A DNA stretch of 64,000 nucleotides from NCBI RefSeq assembly GCF_032444005.1, contig NC_091284.1:772086001-772150000 (forward strand), given 5' to 3'. A program made the position numbers and the translations under genes. A model generated the notes under the pieces. It was not told the DNA's origin, made no database searches, and was given only the letters and a program-made list of their open reading frames with translations. Origin of the DNA: Ranitomeya imitator. Lineage: Eukaryota. Below, one piece after another: positions 1-10,252 of the stretch; position 1 is the stretch's first letter, and the number at the start of each line of letters is the position of its first letter.

Positions 1-386
1 AATATTTTGCAGGCAGGAGTTCTGCTAACGCAACGCTACTCCTGCCTGCAAAACCCCAGCGAATGAAGGTAAAGTAGGTCAATGACCTATATTTAGCTTC
101 ATTTGCGGTGAGGCGCCCTCTGCTGGCTGTTCCTAGATCGTGGGAACTTTCCTAGAAAGCTCCCTGGCTCGAGATCATAAGAGGGCGCCCTCTGCTGGTT
201 GTCCTCATATGAACTCGAGCCAGGGAGATTTCTAGGAAAGTTCCCACGATCTAGGAACAGCCAGCAGAGTGCGCCTCACCACAAATGAAGCTAAATATAG
301 GTCATTGACCTACTTTACCTTCATTCGCTGGGGTTTTGCAGGCAGGAGTAGCGTTGCATTAGCAGAACTCCTGCCTGCAAAATATT
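1..386. repeat. Long near-perfect inverted repeat; arms 1-173 / 214-386, stem extendable to 184/203; each arm holds a nested hairpin
   Basis: Reverse complement of 1-173 matches 214-386 with a few mismatches; nested stem ttttgcaggcaggagt...actcctgcctgcaaaa at 5-53, mirrored in the right arm. Confidence 0.95.
113..274. promoter_or_regulatory. Three CTCF-core-like motifs (113-126 minus, 185-198 minus, 261-274 plus)
   Basis: GCGCCCTCTGCTGG twice (= CCAGCAGAGGGCGC on minus) and CCAGCAGAGTGCGC once; they match the CTCF core consensus CCASYAGRKGGCRS (third has one mismatch). Binding untested. Confidence 0.5.
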
Positions 387-1158
387 TTAACCCCTTCAGA
401 TGGATTTACATCGTTGGACATGACAGATCCTCGGAAGGTATGTATATTCTTGGTTTATTATTTTTTTTTATTTACAGATCGAGGGTCTTCAGTGAGTGGA
501 TTGAGAGTAGAATAAATTAATACAACAACCTTTGTGTTTTTTTCATTAAATTAATTTTTAATAATGTGTGTTTTTTTTAACCCTTTACTAGTATTGGATT
601 AATAATGGATAGGTGTCATAATTGACGCCTCTCCATTATTAATTTGGCTTAATGTCACCTTACAATAGCAAGGTGGCATTAACCCTTCATTACCCCATAT
701 CCCACCGCTACACGGGAATGGGAAGAGAGTGGCCAAGTGCCAGAATAGGCGCATCTTCCAGATGTGCCTTTTCTGGGGTGGCTGGGGGCAGATGTTTTTA
801 GCCAGGGGGGGGCCAATAACCGTGGACCCTCTCCAGGCTATTAATATCTGCCCTCAGTCACTGGCTTTACCATTCTGGCGGAGAAAATTGTGCGGGAGCC
901 CACGCCAATTTTTTCCGCCATTTAACCCCTTAATTTACTAGCTAGAACGGCCAAATTTTGCATAGACACACTACTAACATTAGTAGTGTGGAATATGCAA
1001 AAAAAATGGGGATATGAGATGGTTTACTGTATGTAAACCAGGTCTCATATCATGTCGGGTTTTAGGAAGGAGAAAGCAAAAGCCGGTAATTGAATTACCG
1101 GCTTTCTGCTATATCGCGCTGGATGAAATATTAATATATATACATATATGTGTCTACT

Positions 1159-1161
<3 letters not shown>

Positions 1162-1209
<48 letters not shown>
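1162..1209. repeat. (TA)n microsatellite
   Basis: Pure AT run of about 48 nt. Confidence 0.97.
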
Positions 1210-1211
<2 letters not shown>

Positions 1212-1848
1212 CAGTATATATGTTTTTTTTTTTTTTTATACACATGGATCCCTTGTATAGCCGTATGCCGGTTTTGCAAGCCTGCGATAAAAACACGCAT
1301 TACGGCTGCCATACGGATTACATAAGGAGGATGCCATGCGCAAAAAACGGTGACACACCCTGCCTACGGAGGAGCTACGGACCACTATTTTCGGGACTTT
1401 TCAGCGTATTACGGCCGTAATATACGGACCGTATTTTCATACGCTGTGTGTGACGCCGGCCTAACTTGTGTATTACATTTTTTATGGGTTTAACACAGAA
1501 AAAATATTAATCACGCCATTTTTTATGCTATATACAGATACCTGTAAATAATCTGATCGCTGTGTTGTGCAGGTTGTTACGATTACAGGAACACAAAATA
1601 TGTCCATGTTATGTGCTGATTTGTGACGTTTATTTTTATTTTTTAAAGTGCATTAATAATCACATTGTTTTAAGTGTTTTTCATTATTTTTTAGTAATTT
1701 TTAGGTTGAAAAAAATCTCTTTTATTCTCACTCTATAACAAACATACATAGAAATACACTGTTGTGTAATTTATCAGTATAATGTTTGTGGATTCAGAGC
1801 CTGCAATACAGATCAAGTACACAAAATTCTTCCTATTTCATCGCCAAA

Positions 1849-1912
1849 GCCCGTGGATCAGTAGCTTTAGCTCCTTCCTGTAATGTTGAAGGTTGTGGGT
1901 TCAATAACCAGG
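1849..1912 (+). other. Degenerate tRNA-like head (possible old tRNA-derived SINE)
   Basis: A-box-like TGGATCAGTAG (1854-1864), ccttc/gaagg stem, B-box-like GGTTCAATAACC (1898-1909), A-rich run after; no full cloverleaf. Confidence 0.3.
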
Positions 1913-2358
1913 AAGACTCACAAAAAAGAAAAAAATGATGGTTTTGTATTATTTTTATGGAACAAAGAAATCTGACTATTTCTTCACCTCTGGTATACAG
2001 GAAACATAGAAATACATTATTATATACAATGTATCTCTATGGTCATATATTATCTGTTTCTGGGTTCACTGCCTGCAATGCAGGTCAAGATTAACAAATT
2101 TGTCTATGTTTATCATTCTGGGCTGTGGCTTATACACAGAGCTGCTTCCTGTGAGCATTAACATGGGCGTTTGGAGAGGTGAATATGTCATCTAATTTAT
2201 GCACTTAGCAAAAGATGCGGCTCAGGAAGAGGAGCAACAACGACAACGATGGAGAGAGGTGAGTAATCAGAAGCTAGGACAAAAGCTCTGAGGAACCGCA
2301 ACGACAGAGGGCTGAGCTCTCAAATCAGAAATCTAGGATGGTGGCGAGCTATGTGTAA

Positions 2359-2507
2359 GGCCACGTGCACACATTGAGTATTTTGTGAACTTTTTACCTC
2401 AGTATTTGTAAGACAAAACCAGGAGTGTGTGAAAAATGCACTCCTGGTTTTGGCTTATAAATACTGAGGTAAAATACTGACCAAATACTCAACGTGTGCA
2501 CGTGGCC
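2359..2507. mobile_element. Palindromic PIF/Harbinger (Tourist-like) MITE
   Basis: TIRs ggccacgtgcacac / gtgtgcacgtggcc; TAA duplication at 2356-2358 and 2508-2510. Confidence 0.85.
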
Positions 2508-3034
2508 TAATACTAACATGACTGTGTGATTCCAGGAATGGTGCGCAGTGCCATGTGTTTTCAGATGTAGCCGCCTGGAGGAAATACTTCATAAACCACA
2601 AGTGTTTACATTTTAAATCATTTATTAATAATGAAGGAACAATAATGAAGTGGAGACCGCTCAATAATACCAAGAGTCAACACGGAAAAGCCTCAAAGTC
2701 CCTACAGAAATCAGTCCAGCTACCGGCACAAACAAACCTTACGATACCTTCACATAAAATGTTTTTTTTCAAAGCTGCATTTTTTGGGGGTTTTAAAAAT
2801 TCTGCTGCCAGATGTTTTTGGGAGACAATAGGGAAATGATAAAGGCAATACATGCTCTGAGATTTTAAGGTTCCATTATTTTTTTTGTTCATGTGTTTTT
2901 CAAAATAGTTTCATGCTTTAGGCTTCATTCAGTGAGCTCTTTAAAACAGGCCTAACGACATAGCAAGGGGCGGATGTTATACACCGAGGGCAATGGCTTT
3001 AAGTGAAAAACCTAAATTCAGTAATTAAGGCTAA

Positions 3035-5100
3035 TGTTAGAATCTGTTTAGTTTGTGACTATCCGCCATTTTCTTGTGGAGTTCTGGCTGCTGGTCTTAT
3101 TCCTCTGGTGCTGGGTTTGTCTTGGGTCAGGTGTTTGTTTCACTCTTTATTAACCAGCACCTGCCTCCCAGTGCTTGCTGGACAACAGTGTTTATCTGCT
3201 TGAGCTCTAGCTTGGTGCTTTGCTTTGTGTGTTATTTGTGCAGTGCTTGTACCTTTGGTTCTGCTAGCCTTAGTTTCTGTTTTCTATCGGTTTTTGCAGC
3301 CTTCGCTTTGTTTTCTATTAGGAGGTGACCCGTTTTTGTACCTAGTCCTTAGTTCTTTTAGGGAACCCCTTCCCCTTATCTATAGGTCTTCACATGAGAT
3401 TAACCTAGGATTGTCGGTGGGTCTAAAAACACCCCTCCCGGATTTCTGCAATATGAACAGCGTTCAAAGATCTTGCTCAGCGTCTGCAAGGGTTAATGTT
3501 GGAAGTTGCCAGCTTACAACAGCACATGAGTAATTGCCCTGCAATCCGCTCTGAAGTACCTAAGGTGGGTTTACCTGAATGTTTTTCTGGTAAACGGCAG
3601 GAATTTTTTTCGTTTAAAAATGCATGTTTACTTTATTTTCGCCTTAGGCTCAGGTCTTCAGGGGCTGAATTACAGCGTGTGGGGATTATTGTGTCGTTAT
3701 TGTGAGGTGAGCTGCAAGTTTGGGCATTTTCATTGACCCTTGTTTGATGTCAGTGGAAGCGTTTTTTTCTGCTATGGGGGTATTATATGATGACCGTGAT
3801 CTGGTCACTACAGCTGAGGCAGAACTCAAGCGGCTGAAACAGGGTTCTGGCGACGCTGAGAGATATTGTACCCAGTTCAGACAATAGTCTGCAGAGGTCA
3901 GCTGGAATGATCCAGCACTCAAGAGTCAATTTTTAGCAGGTTTGAATGACCGGGTTAAAGATTTGCTCATTGCATATCCTGCACCTGCTACGCTTGAGGC
4001 TGCTATGCAATTCGCTATCCGGGTGGATAGAAGCTTGAGAGGTAGACAGAATGAGGAGAAGGTTTCAATTTTGCTGGAGAGCCCCGTTGACTGTGGGGAG
4101 CCGATGCAACTTGGGGCGATGTCCTCTCATTCCCAGGAAAGGCAGACAAGATTCTCTGGGGGGCTATGCCTTTATTGTGGTAAGACTGACCATTTTATTA
4201 AGCAATGTGAAGGACGCATAAACAAGGAAAAGAGAAAAAAAATGGTCAATCAGAATAACCCTCCCTTTCGCATTGCATTTTTACGGTCGGCAGGAGTTTC
4301 TTATTCTGGTAGTTCTACCTGTCATGGTCATTCGATTGATTTTCAAGTGATGGTGGACTGTGGTTCTGCACTTAATTTGATTGATCAACAATTTCTATAC
4401 AAGTATAAGATTGATTCTGTACTTTTATCATGCCCTTTTCCTGTAGTGGCGATTGATAACACTCCTCTAGAGCATGGGTGCGTTTCTCGAAATGTCACCG
4501 GGTTTCCACTCACTGAGAATATGGAACACCAGGAATCTTTAGATTTGTTTGTACTTGATAAATTGCCTTTTCCAGTTGTCCTGGGGTTACCCTGGTTAAA
4601 AATGCACAATCCTGTACTGGACTGGTCGTCAAGTACGATAAGATCCTGGGGTCAGGAGTGTTATGGGAAATGTTGTGATGTACACATTGCTGCTGTTGTG
4701 AAAAATTAGCTATCTGAAGCCATTCAGGAATTCTGGAAACTATTTTCAGAAGTGGAGTCACAAGCTCTACCACCTCATAGAGATTATGAATGCGCTATTG
4801 AGTTCGTCCCAGGTGCTACTCTCCCTAAGAGTCGTTTATTTAATCTGACGATTCCCGAGAGGGAGGCCTTAAAGGAATACCTGCAGACTAGTCTTGCTGC
4901 AGGTCATATAAGACCCTCTAAGTCACCTGTGGCTGTGGGGTTCTTTTTTGTCCAAAAAAAGATGGGGTCCTAGGCCGTGTCTGGATTTCAGGGAGATTAA
5001 TAAGATCATTGTGCGCAATCCTCATCCCTTGCCGCTAATTCCGGATTTGTTTAACCAATTAGTTGGAGCCAAGTGGTTCTCTAATATTGATCTGTAGGGT
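3035..5100 (+). mobile_element. 3'-truncated, decayed Ty3/gypsy LTR retrotransposon (PEG10/RTL-like gag lineage)
   Basis: Putative TG...CA LTR 3035-3394 (weak); gag with stops (VPKVGLPECFSG...QRVGIIVSLL); CCHC knuckle CLYCGKTDHFIKQC at 4167-4208; protease-like VMVDCGSA; RT N-terminus [13 protein letters not shown]...[21 protein letters not shown]...LPLIPDLF; breaks off near 5097. Confidence 0.92.
3942..4709 (+). pseudogene. gypsy gag C-terminus (zinc knuckle) plus aspartic protease remnant
   Basis: ORF track 3942..4709 contains the CCHC and DCG motifs; flanked by stops and frameshifts. Confidence 0.85.
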
Positions 5101-5615
5101 CAGTTTTCCCCCTTCTACCTTAGTCCTGTGTTGCAGATCCGTATCAGCTAAAGTCAGACTTCCGAATATCATGGCCTGAGTCCAGACTATGATGTATGGA
5201 CCAGGTGTAGGTCACCTGTCCCAAACTCAACAACTCCATATATACCTATGACCAGAACATGATACATGGATGTCTGGATTAGGATGTGGATGTGCGACCC
5301 AATACTTTTCTCGATAGAGTATGCATAAGCCCACTCACTTTCACCCCTTAGTGACAAAGCTTGAATTGGTGCTTAATGACCGACTAATATTTATAACTGC
5401 GGAATATGTTGGGGCTAAATAATTAAAATTATTATTAATATTTTTTCATTTTTGCCTCGCCTCCTTAAAGCAGCCTGTTTTTCCATTCAAGTCCCCGTAT
5501 GAGGCTTTGCTTTATACATGACAACGTGTATTATTTTAAAGCAAAACTTTGAGGTATGTATAAATAACTGTATACCTTGTATAGTTTTCCTTTTCAGGAC
5601 AAATATATATATATA

Positions 5616-6704
5616 CTAGATGGTGGCCCGATTCTAACGCATCAGGTATTCTAGAATATGCATGTCCACGTAGTATATTGCACAGTCCACGTAGTATATT
5701 GGTCAGACACGTAGTATATTACGTAGTATATTGGCCAGTGACGTAGTATACAGCACAGAGCCACGTAGTATATTACCCAGTGACGTAGTATATTGGCCAG
5801 CCACGTAGTATATTGGCCAGCCACGTAGTATATTGGCCAGCCACGTAGTATATTGGCCAGCCACGTAGTATATTGCCCAGCCACGTAGTATATTGCCCAG
5901 CCACATAGTATATTGCCCAGCCATGTAGTATATTGCCCAGTGACGTAGCATACAGCACAGAGCCATGCAGTATATTGCACAGCGATGTAGTATACAGCAC
6001 AGAGCCACATAGTATATTGCCCAGCCACATAGTATATTGCCTAGCCACGTATGTCACAGGTTAAAAAATAAAAAATAAACATACTCACCTTCCGATCCGA
6101 GGGCCCCTTGTAGTTCTAACATAATCACCATACTTGTAGTTCTGTCGCCTGTGCGAGGTACAGGCGGCAGCTTCCGGTCCCAGCCTGCTCGCGCAGGCGC
6201 GCAGGGCCTTTGATGACGTTGCGGTCACATGACCGTGACATCATGGCAGGTCCTTCTGCCAGACCATCTGTGCCAACGGAACGTGGCGGTTACATCGCGA
6301 GGAGCGGGAAAGGAGGCGTAGGTGAGTATATAATCGTTTTTTATTTTTTAATTATTTTTAACATTAGATATTTTTACTATTGGCGTTGCATAAGCCGCGT
6401 CAGTAGTAAAAAACTTGATCACACAGGGTTAATAGCAGTGGTAACGGAGTGCGTTACCCGCGGCATAATGCGCGGTCCGTTAACGCCAGCATTAACCCTG
6501 TGTGAGCGGAGGGGTGTATGCGGGCGCCGGGCAGTCAGTGCGGGGAGTAAGGAGCTGCCATTTTCTCACGGACTGTGCGCGTCGCTGATTGGTCGCGGCA
6601 GCCATGACAGGCAGCTGCCGAGACCAATCAGCGAACAAATAACCATTACAGACAGAAGGACAGACAGACAGACGGAAGTGACCCTTAGACAATTATATAG
6701 TAGA
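5616..6704 (-). mobile_element. Non-autonomous Helitron
   Basis: Minus strand starts TCTACTATATAA (6704 down), ends CTAG (5619-5616) with sub-terminal hairpin cccgat/atcagg (5627-5646); inserted in an AT dinucleotide, no TSD. Confidence 0.8.
5667..6050. repeat. 20-bp minisatellite (ccacgtagtatattggccag and variants) inside the Helitron
   Basis: Direct tandem units visible. Confidence 0.95.
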
Positions 6705-7089
6705 TAAAAAAACAATTTTTGGTTAAGTTTATATTACATGTACGCCGCTAGGTTCAGATAGGGGCAGGACAGGTCTCATGAATTCTTTGAAACTCTGGGG
6801 AAACCGTTACTCAGGGGGACCATGTACTGCAACTTCCTCAGGCACAAGATGGATCCACTTGCTCACACAGATACAATTTATTGAGTCCTCATGAACAGAT
6901 GAACAGTGTAATTTAATGTCACAGCCAGGGCCGCCATCAGGGCATTACTGCCCTGACTGGCGTATGGGGCCCGGTGGGCAGAGGGGGCCCCTACTGGCAG
7001 GCTAAACCGGGCCCTTAGCAGCGCTGCGGCAGTTTAACTCTATTGACGTGCGGGCTGGGGGGGGGGGGGGCCCAGGATAGACTGTGAGA

Positions 7090-7850
7090 CACGGGGGCAG
7101 AATGCTGGATATTGGGGCAGAATGCTGGACATTGGGGCAGAATGCTGGACATTGGGGCAGAATGCTGGACATGGGGGCAGAATGGAGATACAGGGCATGA
7201 TTGGAGACATGGGGCAGGATAAAAGACATGGGGGCATGACTGGAGACACTGGGGGCATGACTGGAGACACTGGGGGCATGACTGGAGACACTGGGGGCAT
7301 TACTGGAGACACTGGGGCATGACTGGAGACAGATGAGGCAGAATGGAGACACAGGGGGCATGATTGGAGACACAGGGCAGAATTGCAGACATGGGGGCAT
7401 GATTGGAGACATAGGGGGCAGAATGGAGATACGGGCATGATTGGAAACACGGGGCAGAATGGAGATACAGGGTATGATTGAAGACACGGTGCAAGATGAA
7501 ACACATGAGAGCATGATTGGAGACAGATTGTGGAGGATCATGGGGCAGGATGGATACGATGGAGACAGATGGGGCAGGATGGAGACACAGGGGGCATAAT
7601 TGGAGACACAGGGCAGGATTGCAGACATGGGGGCATGATTGGAGACAAAGGGTGCAGAATGGAGAAAGGGGCATGATTGGAGACACTGGGGGCAGAATTG
7701 GAGACAGATCGTGCAGGATCATGGGGCAGGATGGATATGATGGAGACAGATGGGCAGAATGGGGAGATCATATGAGGCAGAATGGATACTCATGGGGCAG
7801 GATGGGAGAACATATGGCTGAAGCCAGGAATGAGACACATGGGGCTAGGA
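7090..7850. repeat. Purine-rich ~20-bp minisatellite (ggagacatgggggcatgatt-like) inside the hAT element
   Basis: Degenerate tandem units; source of the minus-strand Pro-rich ORFs. Confidence 0.85.
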
Positions 7851-8673
7851 TGGGGAATATTATTACCATAGGGGCTAATTAAGGGATATTATTACTGCAG
7901 TGCTATATTTATTTTATTTTTTGAGTATTCTGTTTTAAATGGGGGGGCAGTCCTGTTACTGTGTAGAGTGATACTATGTTGCCTTTTTTTCTTCATGTGG
8001 TGTAATGTAGAAGTTGGGAAAAATTAAGTAATGTTTCCAGGACACCACCCTGACAGCGCCATGGAGGTCGTCCTTCTTATCCATAGTGGGACAGGAAACC
8101 ACGAGAGTTTAAAAGGACCCTCCCCTTTCCACCCTTCAGTGTTTCTCCTGTCCCACTGCGGATGGGAATGACGAGAGCTCCGTCTGTGGTGGTGAGGATC
8201 GGGGAGGCTCGGCCTCTTCCTTCCCACTACAAGAACCTGATTGGCTGAAACCCGAGTAATGGGGTCCCTCAGCAGCACCGGTATAGCGCTGCTCCTGGTG
8301 AGGGGTCGCTTCCCCCTGGGGGGGATCTCGACCCTGGATGTAGCCCTGATGTACCTGCGTCCGGATGCCTCTGCAGGGTGCTTCCTTGACAAGCGGATCC
8401 CGGGGTGAGTGCAGGCCAAGATGAGAACGTGAGCTGTGGCCACGAGTGCAGACCGCATCGGCTTCCTGGAAAGTCACTTCCGGTTCATGGCTGCCACGCC
8501 CGTCACTTCCGGGTTGCGGACGGCAGCATGGGGCAGCGTCCTCTTCCCTCCTACTCTCCACGAGGAGGCCCCGGGGCAGGCGACATTAAGGATATAAAAG
8601 GTATGTGACACTGCTGTGTCCGGTGCTATCTGATTCTGCATGTGTTCAGTGGGTGCCAGCCTAGAGCAGCAGC

Positions 8674-10200
8674 ATGGAGCACACGAGATCTGAAACACTG
8701 CAGGAGAGCCAGGCACATGTGAGTCCCTGGCTGGGGGTCTGCTCCCTATAATTTCAATAAATTGTACGGGTCCATCAGGTGTTTATATTATCTGTTGTCT
8801 GCCCCATCGGTGGCTAAGAAATCCGGCAAGTGTAAGACGTGCCCCATCTGTGCCGTAAAGCTCAAAGACTCCTGGCAGAAATCGCTTTGCGAATCTTGCA
8901 CCAGCTCTATTGTGGGAGAAGAGCAAGCTTCCCTGATTTCAAACATGAGCGCCATTGTCAGAGAAGAGGTGCAGGCCTCGATATCTGGCTTAACCTTTCC
9001 CCAGCCCATCCAGTCTGACCCTCAGGATCCACAGAGATTATTATTATTATTATTTATTGTTATAGCGCCATTTATTCCTTGGCGCTTTACATGTAAGGAG
9101 GGGTATACATAATAAAAACAAGTACAATAATCTTAAACAATACAAGTCATAACTGGTACAGGAGGAGAGAGGACCCTGCCCGCGAAGGCTCACAATCTAC
9201 AAGGGATGGGTGAGAATACAGTAGGCGAGGGTAAAGCTCGTCATGCAGGGGTTTGGTCGATCGGTGGTTACTGCAGGTTATAGGCTTGTCGGAAGAGGTG
9301 GGTCTTCAGGCTCTTTTTGAAGAGATCTAGCAAAAGACAGAGGGAATCAGATCGGTCATCTGAGGACAGCTCTCTTGATTCAGATCTGGAAGATGAGGAG
9401 TTGATCAGGGAGCCTCCTGAAAGAGAGAAGAAATATTTGTTCTCATCTAATGATATAGATGAGCTCCTGGAGGCAGTTAGGCGGACTATGCAAATCGAGG
9501 ATCCCTCAACTACTCAGTCAGTTCAAGACGAGATGTTCGGGGAAATACGCTCTCAGAATTCGAAAGTATTTCCTGGAAATGCCCATATTCGTTCTATGAT
9601 CTTAGAAGAATGAGAAGAAGCAGAAAGGAGGATATCAATTCCTAGAGACTGCAGACTTCGCCTACCATTTGATCATGAGGAGGTCAAGGAGTGGGAAGAT
9701 ATCCCCAAGATTGACATTCCGCCTGCAAAAGTGTCTAAAAGAACCGCCATTCCATTCGAGGACTCCTCTAACTTAAAGGAGCCAATGGACCGTAAGGCAG
9801 ATGGGGTCTTAAAAAGAGCCTGGGAAAGTTCAGCGGCTGTAATCCGTACAAATATTGCGGCGACATCTGTGGCTCGAGCCATGCATTTGTGGGTAGATGA
9901 CTTGAAAGATCAATTGTCAGCTAGAACCCCTAGAGAGTCTATTATTAAAGCTATCCCTCTATTGAAACTAGCAACCGGATTTCTGCAGATGCTACTGCAA
10001 AATCGGTTAGGTTCACAGCTAGAGGCCAGTCTTTATCAAATGCAGCCAGGAGGGCTATATGGTTAAAGAACTGGTCAAGAGATGTTCATTCGAAAAATAA
10101 ATTGTGCTCTATTCCCTTTTCAGGAGGCAAAGTCTTTGGGCCCATACTTGATGATATTCTGGAGAAAGCTTCAGATGAAAAAAAGGGTTTCCAGAGGAAA
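8674..10200 (+). pseudogene. DIRS ORF1 (gag-like) disrupted by L2 insertion, stop at 9611 and a frameshift near 9985
   Basis: CPIC-x12-CESC motif; acidic/Ser-rich tract; PKID...MDRK; ARRAIWLKNW...SKNKLCSIPFSG...FG pattern typical of vertebrate DIRS ORF1. Start assumes the putative intron described in findings. Confidence 0.8.
9039..9320 (-). mobile_element. 5'-truncated L2 LINE 3' end inserted in DIRS ORF1
   Basis: Minus strand tagattgtgagccttcgcgggcagggtcctctc...gtaaagcgcc...ggcgctataacaataaa(taa)n; TSD AGAGAT 9033-9038 / 9321-9326; removal restores PQDPQR-SSKRQR. Confidence 0.85.
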
Positions 10201-10252
10201 AACGTAAGAAGTCCAGCCACCAGGAAATGACGCCACCAGGATAGGGGGGCGG

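Larger units (their letters stand above)
1..1461. mobile_element. Right part of a non-autonomous PIF/Harbinger-like DNA element (left end outside window)
   Basis: Ends ...gtgtgacgccggcc followed by TAA (1462-1464), the same GGCC-TIR/TWA-target style as the complete MITEs at 2359 and 47551; carries the large internal palindrome; no coding capacity. Confidence 0.5.

Noticed and set aside
1045-1420. ORFs with YIYIYI tracts
   Set aside because: Translation of the (TA)n microsatellite.
1849-1912. Functional tRNA gene
   Set aside because: No acceptor stem and degenerate A/B boxes; kept only as a low-confidence SINE-like head.
3496-4973. Domesticated RTL1/PEG10-like gene
   Set aside because: Multiple stops and frameshifts and truncation in RT; an ordinary decayed gypsy copy.
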